This document shows, in pieces, positions 25,313 through 31,668 of a stretch of 31,668 nucleotides of DNA (the first letter of the stretch is position 1; every line of letters begins with the position of its first letter). Made by a program: the position numbers and the translations under genes. The notes under the pieces were generated by a model. The model saw only the letters and a program-made list of their open reading frames with translations, was not told the DNA's origin and did not search any database. The stretch is from Granulicella sp. (GTDB lineage: Bacteria > Acidobacteriota > Terriglobia > Terriglobales > Acidobacteriaceae). The stretch covers positions 1 to 31,668 of the forward strand of contig DAHWNL010000064.1 in NCBI GenBank assembly GCA_027339965.1, read 5' to 3'.

Positions 25313-27076
25313 CTACCTGTAAACGTAGTATTGACCGTCACCGCCCAACCCGCCGCCGAAAGAGGCGATACACCTGACCCCCAGGGCTGAGGTCTCCGTC
25401 TCCGGCAGCGGATCCGATGTAATCAACACCGGAGCGCGTCCGTTCTCTGCCGCAGCGGCGATCTCAGCCTTGCTGGGAAGGTGACGGGGCCGGGCCTCTA
25501 CCTTGTCCCAAACCATGAAGGAAACAAGGCCGCCGCGCTCCACGGAGTAAGCGTTCCGGCGCTGCATGTACGCCAGCACAGCGCCGCCGATCACGTCGGG
25601 GAAAAATACGAAAGGGGAGTGATCGAGGTGGTGTTCACGCAGAAACGTCGCTACCTCCTTGCTGGTGGAGAAGGGAAAGCGTAGGCTTAGCGCGGAAGCA
25701 AACAGCCCCGTCGCCACCTGGACAGCCAAAATCACCCCCAGCAGGACGGAACGCCACGGCCAGGCATGTGGGCTATCTGTGATCGCGCGGGACGGATCGG
25801 CCTCGTGCTCCAGGATCGTCGCAAGCAAGAACACGACAAACAGCCACCCGACATGACGCATCTGGAAGACGTTGGCAACGGCCATCTCAGCCACCAGCAG
25901 GCCGGAGGCGACGAGAAAGAAGTACCGCGTTGCCCTCCGGCGAAACCAGAAGCAGAGGGGAACAGCAAGAGCCAGGCCAATGGCCGGGCTCAACCAGCGG
26001 CCCATGTCAAAGAAAAGCGACGAGTTCCAAAATGCCAGCTTGCCCGGGATCGGAAGATACGCCTGGGTAATGTCGCTGAACCGGAGGAGATGTTGCAGCA
26101 GGATCCATTGGCCCTTTGTAGGCAGCGTGGCGGCATCCCTCGGCGGACGAATGACGGCAAGAGCGGCAAGAACAGACCCGGAAAAGATCGCCGGGGCCAC
26201 GGCTCTTCGGATGCCAGAGGCGAGCGGACTTCGTCCGGGCCTGTGGGGCGCCGGGACGTCCGCCCGACTCACCAGATGGACAGGGTACAGGCAGACCGCA
26301 ATGACAAGCGCAGGGAGCGACGTGAGCGCGGCCAGAGATAAGGCGACGGAGGTCTTTAGCCCGGAGGTATCTTCCTTGCACAGCGTGAGGGCGGCCAACA
26401 GGAACATCACGCCGATCATGTAGTTCCGGTCCACCACGGCATATTCAAAGAGCATGAAGTAGGAGAAGACGAAACCGATGCGGACCCATGCAGGAACCTT
26501 CGCCGCGGAGAGGATCAGCACCGCCGCGCCCACCGAGAACAAATAGTTGGGAACCTTCATCCACTCCGGATTCCAGGTAAATCGGGAGATTAGGTAGAGC
26601 AAAAAGTGCCAAAGCGGAGGGTGTCCTTCGTAACGAACATTATGGACAACGGAGGCCAGACTGGTGCTGGAGCGTGCGATCAGCCAAGCCTGAGCCTCGT
26701 CGCGCCAGAACGTATGCTTCCAACTCACAATGGCCAGCAGCACGGCGTAGACGGTCGCCACAGCGGCCAACCCTCGCCCCCCGGCCCAAAAATCAGCAAA
26801 CACTGGCAGGCCATCCGCGTGCGGATCGGCGGGTCGCCTCACCCGCCTCCGCGCCCACCGCGTGGAGCCGCGGGTGGGCCTAGCGAGTAGGGCCGACGGC
26901 GCTCCCCGCGCAGAGCCACAGATTATGGCAGCCAGGCCAGGCAAACAGCCGACAGAGACAATCACGACGTTGTGTGCTGCATCTCTAAACCAACTCCGCA
27001 GCCAATACGGCGTCCAGGCGAGCAGCGTCGCGGCGCGAAACAGGGCTGGAAGACGAAATCTGCGGGCCACTTGCAA
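25313..27076 (-). CDS. Polytopic membrane protein, GT-C-like (H..WRDEAQAWLIAR family)
   Basis: KHTFWRDEAQAWLIAR..YEGHPPLW..FEYAVVDRNY motifs and many TM segments. TTG 27076 sits behind GGAGG; the true start is uncertain. Confidence 0.68.
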   Translation of the reverse strand: MQVARRFRLPALFRAATLLAWTPYWLRSWFRDAAHNVVIVSVGCLPGLAAIICGSARGAPSALLARPTRGSTRWARRRVRRPADPHADGLPVFADFWAGGRGLAAVATVYAVLLAIVSWKHTFWRDEAQAWLIARSSTSLASVVHNVRYEGHPPLWHFLLYLISRFTWNPEWMKVPNYLFSVGAAVLILSAAKVPAWVRIGFVFSYFMLFEYAVVDRNYMIGVMFLLAALTLCKEDTSGLKTSVALSLAALTSLPALVIAVCLYPVHLVSRADVPAPHRPGRSPLASGIRRAVAPAIFSGSVLAALAVIRPPRDAATLPTKGQWILLQHLLRFSDITQAYLPIPGKLAFWNSSLFFDMGRWLSPAIGLALAVPLCFWFRRRATRYFFLVASGLLVAEMAVANVFQMRHVGWLFVVFLLATILEHEADPSRAITDSPHAWPWRSVLLGVILAVQVATGLFASALSLRFPFSTSKEVATFLREHHLDHSPFVFFPDVIGGAVLAYMQRRNAYSVERGGLVSFMVWDKVEARPRHLPSKAEIAAAAENGRAPVLITSDPLPETETSALGVRCIASFGGGLGGDGQYYVYR

Positions 27077-27398
27077 CGCTCCTCCGAACGGGATCCTCGA
27101 CTGCGTCCTTTCCACCTTCCAAATGCAGGAGCGCGACTTCGGCGGCGAGGATTGCCTCAGAGTACCAGACCACGGCAACCGGCTATACTGTCCCCAATCC
27201 TTCACAATGGGATGCCCGCCCTTGCCTGAAACGCCACTCACCGCCGTCCGCCGCGGACGCTGGCCCCGTCAAACCGCACATCGGCTGTAGTTCTGCGCTC
27301 CACGCTCGGCCAAAGCCCCGGCGCTCTGCCATCGCTTACCATCCTTATACACAGGCGCACCACCGTGGCAAAAACATCTCACCGGTCAGGATATTATC

Positions 27399-28409
27399 TT
27401 GAACCAGCTCCGTTTGATCACCCCCGTCTACAACGACTGGACTTCCTTCGCAATGCTTCTGCGGGAACTCGACAAGGTCGCCGCCTCTTTGCCGCTCCAG
27501 ATCTTCGTGAGCGCCATCGATGACGGCTCCGAGGAGGCGGTCGCACTGGTTCTCGGCGAGTTGGCTGGGCTCAAACACATCGCCGGAGCTGAGGTCGTAT
27601 CCCTGGCGGTCAACGTCGGTCACCAGCGCGCCATCGCCATCGGACTCTGCGCCGCCGCGCAGGATCACGACTTCGACGCCGTCCTCGTCATGGATGCCGA
27701 CGGCGAGGACCCTCCCCACGCGATTGCGGCGCTCATCCAGGGCATAGCGGACCGCAAAGACTTCTGCGTCGTCGCTCAACGAGCCAAGCGGCTGGAGACG
27801 GCCTCCTTCAAACTGTTCTATCTGCTCTACAAAGGGTTCTTCAAGCTCGCTACCGGCCACGCCATCAGCTTCGGAAATTTCTGCCTGATCTCTCGTAGCT
27901 ACGTCGATCGCCTGGTTATGATCTCTGACCTATGGAACAACCTGCCCGCGGCCATCCTGCGCTCTCGGCTTCCGCTCAACTATGTACCCATTCACCGCGG
28001 GCGCCGCTATGCCGGCAGGTCCAAAATGAACTTCACCTCTCTCATCGTCCATGGCCTCAGCGGGATCTCGGTATACGCTGACACCATCTTTGTCAGGCTC
28101 CTCACCCTCTCTGTCCTTCTCACCATAGCAAGCGTGGTGCTCGTTAGCGGACTTCTTGCCGTACGCATCTTCTCCCCCAGCCACGCCACCCCCGGCTGGA
28201 CAACCACCATCGCCTTTGGACTCAGCATCATCATCTTGCAAGTCCTCTTCACCGCTCTCTCGTCGATCCTGATGTTGCTCAACAGCAGGGTGCAGCGTCT
28301 CGTGCTACCCAGGCTGGACTATCTGCCCTATATTCGCGATCGCCGGCTCTTGTTCGGCCATCGGCTTCCGACTCTCTTACAGGGGCTTGCGCCAGACGCC
28401 AACAATTGA
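27399..28409 (+). CDS. GT2 glycosyltransferase, GtrB/ArnC/DPM1-like polyprenyl-phosphate sugar synthase
   Basis: ITPVYND, IDDGS, GHQRA, DxD in MDADGED, RRYAGRSKM, two C-terminal TM helices; TTG start. Confidence 0.88.
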   Translation: MNQLRLITPVYNDWTSFAMLLRELDKVAASLPLQIFVSAIDDGSEEAVALVLGELAGLKHIAGAEVVSLAVNVGHQRAIAIGLCAAAQDHDFDAVLVMDADGEDPPHAIAALIQGIADRKDFCVVAQRAKRLETASFKLFYLLYKGFFKLATGHAISFGNFCLISRSYVDRLVMISDLWNNLPAAILRSRLPLNYVPIHRGRRYAGRSKMNFTSLIVHGLSGISVYADTIFVRLLTLSVLLTIASVVLVSGLLAVRIFSPSHATPGWTTTIAFGLSIIILQVLFTALSSILMLLNSRVQRLVLPRLDYLPYIRDRRLLFGHRLPTLLQGLAPDANN

Positions 28410-29087
28410 CTTCCCCAACCTCTGCATCAACATCGGGTCCACGAACCTGGAAACAGGAATCATCCAGCGATCCCACATCTGCAACTGCTCCGCCGTCGGC
28501 ATCGATTGCCGCAGAAACAGCCGATTCACCGAGGACGCTGCGATACCCACTGCATCCAGATAGAAGATTCTCTCTATCGCCAACCCAGGAGGAGAGATCT
28601 TCCGCAGCGAGTTCCGGTTGTACCGCCGAAAATGGCCAATGGCCGCATCGAACGGCGTATACAGCCACTGGTGGGCCGGCGAAAGGACAATCAGGCATCC
28701 GCCGGGCCGAAGCCTCTGCGATGCGCCGGAGAGCTCCGCCGCATCGTCCTCAATATGCTCCAGAACATCGATGTAAACCATCGTGTCAAACGTATCGCCT
28801 GGTTCGACTGACAACAAGGTGCCACAGACAGCCTGATATTCACGCGCCCCGCCCATCCCTCTCAAATGTTCGCCAAGTGTGGCGCAAAGTTTGGGATCGG
28901 GCTCCAGACAAAGCCATCTCCCTGCCGTTCCCGGGCTCAGCAACGCCGTATTCGATCCAATGCCCGCACCCACCTCCAAAACGTCCCCTGAAACATAAGG
29001 CCTCACCTGGCTCGACCAATAGGACTTCCAATTCTTCACTGCAGCAAACAACTCCAGCTCGGAACCTACATAATGGAGTTCATTCAT
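28377..29087 (-). CDS. Class I SAM-dependent methyltransferase
   Basis: VLEVGAGIG (motif I), DVLEHIEDD, LRPGG, GHFRRY; ATG 29087 (MNELHYVGSELELF) preferred; overlaps the GT2 3' end by 33 nt. Confidence 0.9.
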   Translation of the reverse strand: MNELHYVGSELELFAAVKNWKSYWSSQVRPYVSGDVLEVGAGIGSNTALLSPGTAGRWLCLEPDPKLCATLGEHLRGMGGAREYQAVCGTLLSVEPGDTFDTMVYIDVLEHIEDDAAELSGASQRLRPGGCLIVLSPAHQWLYTPFDAAIGHFRRYNRNSLRKISPPGLAIERIFYLDAVGIAASSVNRLFLRQSMPTAEQLQMWDRWMIPVSRFVDPMLMQRLGKSIVGVWRKPL

Positions 29088-29213
29088 CGGTCTCAGAGAT
29101 CTCCTGCCTGGCCTAAAATCGCATCGTTTCTTCGAGCATCTCCCTATAGGCCTGGCGAGAACCTCGACAGGGACGGGCATCTTCCTAAACTGCCCTGCAA
29201 CCCGCTCACCGCC

Positions 29214-31424
29214 CTACCACTGCACTCCCGGATACAGACTCGGCAGCCGGAACGTTCTGTAGCCCTCTGACCCCGGCGTCGTCATATGCCACACCGTCTG
29301 CGGATTGTTCCCTGGCGTCACCTCAAACGTCTGGGACCCGGCTGTGATCCCCGCCAGATCATACTCAACATCCCCATTCGCCAGAATCTCGACGTTTCCT
29401 CCATAGACGTTGTAAAGCGATGTGGGCAGCGCATAGTTGAACTGGATCGTTGCCGTCGACGCGCTGTCGTTGAGCTGCAACTCCATGATCGTCGTATAAC
29501 ACGCCGGCTCACCCGAGGTCCCGCACTGCCCTCCATTCGGATAGATGCGGTCATCGCCATTATCCATGATCGTAAGCGAGTAAACTCCAGTTCCGCTCTC
29601 GGTCGTCACTCCCGTGTCGTCCGCCGTCGCCTACTCCACATCATGCTGCGCATAGAACCAGTCCGTCGGGCTCGTCCCACCCTCCAGCGTATAGTTGCCC
29701 TGGTAGCCCAGCGTCCATAAAACAGCTCCTGTCCCTGTGCCATTGTTGAAGTCCCCCTTCGCCACCCAGTTCTGGTGCCGCATAGACACGATGAAGTTTC
29801 CATCCTGGGTGGAATAGGTCAACGAATTGGAGTGCGTCCAGTCTGGGAACTGCGACGCCCACGGATGCCGGTTCACGTCAAAGTGATCAAACTCATTCCA
29901 CACCCAATCCGGCTTCAGGTTCGTGTCCAGATCGATCACCACATCCCCCACCACATTCTCCGTCCCGGAGTAACCCGTCAGACCCGTCAGGCTCTCCGTC
30001 GTATTCGCCATCACCAGGATGTGTCCATTCGGCAGGGGGACAAAGTCATGCGTAAAGTAATCCAGCTTGATCCCATACCCGGCCGCCGCCATCTCCGTAT
30101 TCAGCGTCGCTATGCTCAGCTCCCGCAGCGTATCGCCTGCCAGGTCAATCTCCCTTAACACATCGGTACCCACAGGTCCCACCGGGTAGGAGTTTGGCGC
30201 AATGTACATCAGGATGTTGCCATTCGCCTCCAACTTGCCGGGATACACAAACGGAGAGCCGGTAACCGTCGGCTCGTACGCCCAGATCGTCTGCCCCTGC
30301 AGGTTGGTCGCAACCAGGCTCGTTGGGATACTGCCGACGATCGGATCCATCAGTTCAATCCCCGGCTGCGGCGTACCCGTCCCGGTCGTCACCGGGAAGC
30401 TCGCCGGAATCCCCGCCGGCAGCGCCCCGGACGCAAAGCTGTGGTCCACGTCCACCGCCGTCTGCCCATCCGCCAGCATCACATTGGCGCGCATGTGATA
30501 GGTGGTATTCGGCAGCATCCCCGCCACAAACACACTCGTCGCTCCGCCCGTTGCCGTCACCGTACTGGTCGTCAACCCATACGTCGTGCTTTGCCCAAAG
30601 GACACATTCCACGTTCCCGCAAACGGCATCGTCAACGTATACTTGGCCACCATCGCATTGGCCGTGGTCGTCACCGCGCCCGTAATGCTCCCGGACGTTC
30701 CACTCACCGTCACCGTCTCCCCACTACCGGTCGGCACTGGAGCCAGCCCCAGACTCACCGTCGCCGTCTGCTCTGCCGGCGCAGAGGACACGGTGGGCGC
30801 ATACGTCACCACCACATTGCACGTCGCTCCCACGGCCAGCGCTCCACTGCATCCGCCGCTCCCCAGCGTAAAGCTGCTGTTCCCGCTCAACGCCGGGGTC
30901 AGCGTCAACGCCACATTCCCCGTATTTGTCGCCACGGCCACAGTCTGCGTCTGCGGCTCGCCCACAAACGCATCTCCAAAGTTGTAGCTGCTCTGGCTCA
31001 GGCTCACCGTCGGCACCCCCGGCGTTCCCGTCACGCTCACCGTCTCCGCCACCGTCCCCGGCAGCCCTCCAATTCCCAGGCTTACGGTCGCCGTTTCCTC
31101 CACCGGACTCGCCCCCACCGCCGGCGCATAGGCCACATCCACATTGCAACTCTCTCCCGGCGCCAGCGTCGGCCCACAGCCGCCACTCTGCAGCGTAAAG
31201 CCAGTCGCACCGCTTATCGTCGGCCGCAGCGTCAGCGCAACGCTTCCCGTGTTCCGCAGCACAGCCACTGTCTGGCCGGAGAGCGTCCCCACCAGCGTCA
31301 CGCCAAAGTCATACGAGGTCCGGCTCAAGCTGAAGCTGGAGCTATTCAAGCCGGAACTGCCACAGCCAACCAGAGGCAGAAATAACGCAGACAAAACGGC
31401 AACCAGGGCATAGGAACGCCTCAT
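29214..31424 (-). pseudogene. Lipoprotein aryl-sulfate sulfotransferase (ASST-like) with two Ig-like repeats, interrupted by a single in-frame TAG at 29633-29631
   Basis: GGAG RBS; lipobox LVGC; two ~108-aa Ig-like repeats; FTHD..LPNGH, DWTHSNS, SMRHQN and YAQHD motifs. ORFs 29631..31424 and 29214..29609 are in the same frame and DNG plus further propeller-like sequence continues after the stop (736 codons including the internal TAG). Confidence 0.85.
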
Positions 31425-31668
31425 CGGGAACTCCAGTCAAAGGTGGAGGCGCCTCAAGCTATGCTTGATGGACCTGAATTCATTCATCAACACAGGGGGG
31501 CGTGCTCGGTAGAAACGAACGTGGGGAGACTTGGTTAGAAAAGCTTAATGCGCAACCCGCAGAAAGCCAAATCGCTTTTCCGCAGGCTTTGCAAAGTAGC
31601 CCTCAAACCGGACGCACGGCTCAGGTTGGCAAGGCTCCCATGCAATCTTGAAGGGCAACGCTCGGATC

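Noticed and set aside
28377..28409. 33-nt convergent overlap of the GT2 and methyltransferase genes
   Set aside because: Short tail-to-tail overlaps are common and no extra structure is visible.
29631..29633. Genome-wide TAG reassignment or pyrrolysine coding
   Set aside because: Many genes here end properly at TAG, and no pyl genes or suppressor tRNA are in the window.

Overview
GC-rich bacterial chromosome segment, most likely Acidobacteriota (Terriglobia/Acidobacteriaceae-like). This is inferred from the acidobacterial-type VWA protein, the DUF4252-like and DUF3536/GH57 proteins and the gene styles; no database search was run. Bases 1-23.4 kb are mostly core genes: folP, dacB, a small stand-alone HisKA-like protein, tRNA-Leu(CAG), a polysaccharide flippase, dnaG, a TrmJ-type methyltransferase, pcrA/uvrD, a 51-aa basic protein, an APC permease, adenosine deaminase, DUF4252-like and VWA proteins, rluD, a degenerate lgt-like gene, 6S RNA and a GH57. 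Mobile debris among them comprises an IS5 end, a decayed IS1595/IS1016-like element and two copies of a ~115-bp MITE-like palindromic repeat. Bases 23.4-31.4 kb look like an accessory cell-surface modification locus: two GT-C-like polytopic proteins, a GtrB/ArnC-like GT2, a SAM methyltransferase and an Ig-repeat lipoprotein arylsulfotransferase interrupted by one in-frame TAG. The best unexplained signals are a candidate CRP-family-controlled structured sRNA or 18-aa peptide gene upstream of 6S RNA, the MITE family, the in-frame amber, and the glycosylation/methylation/sulfation locus. All family calls come from manual motif recognition.
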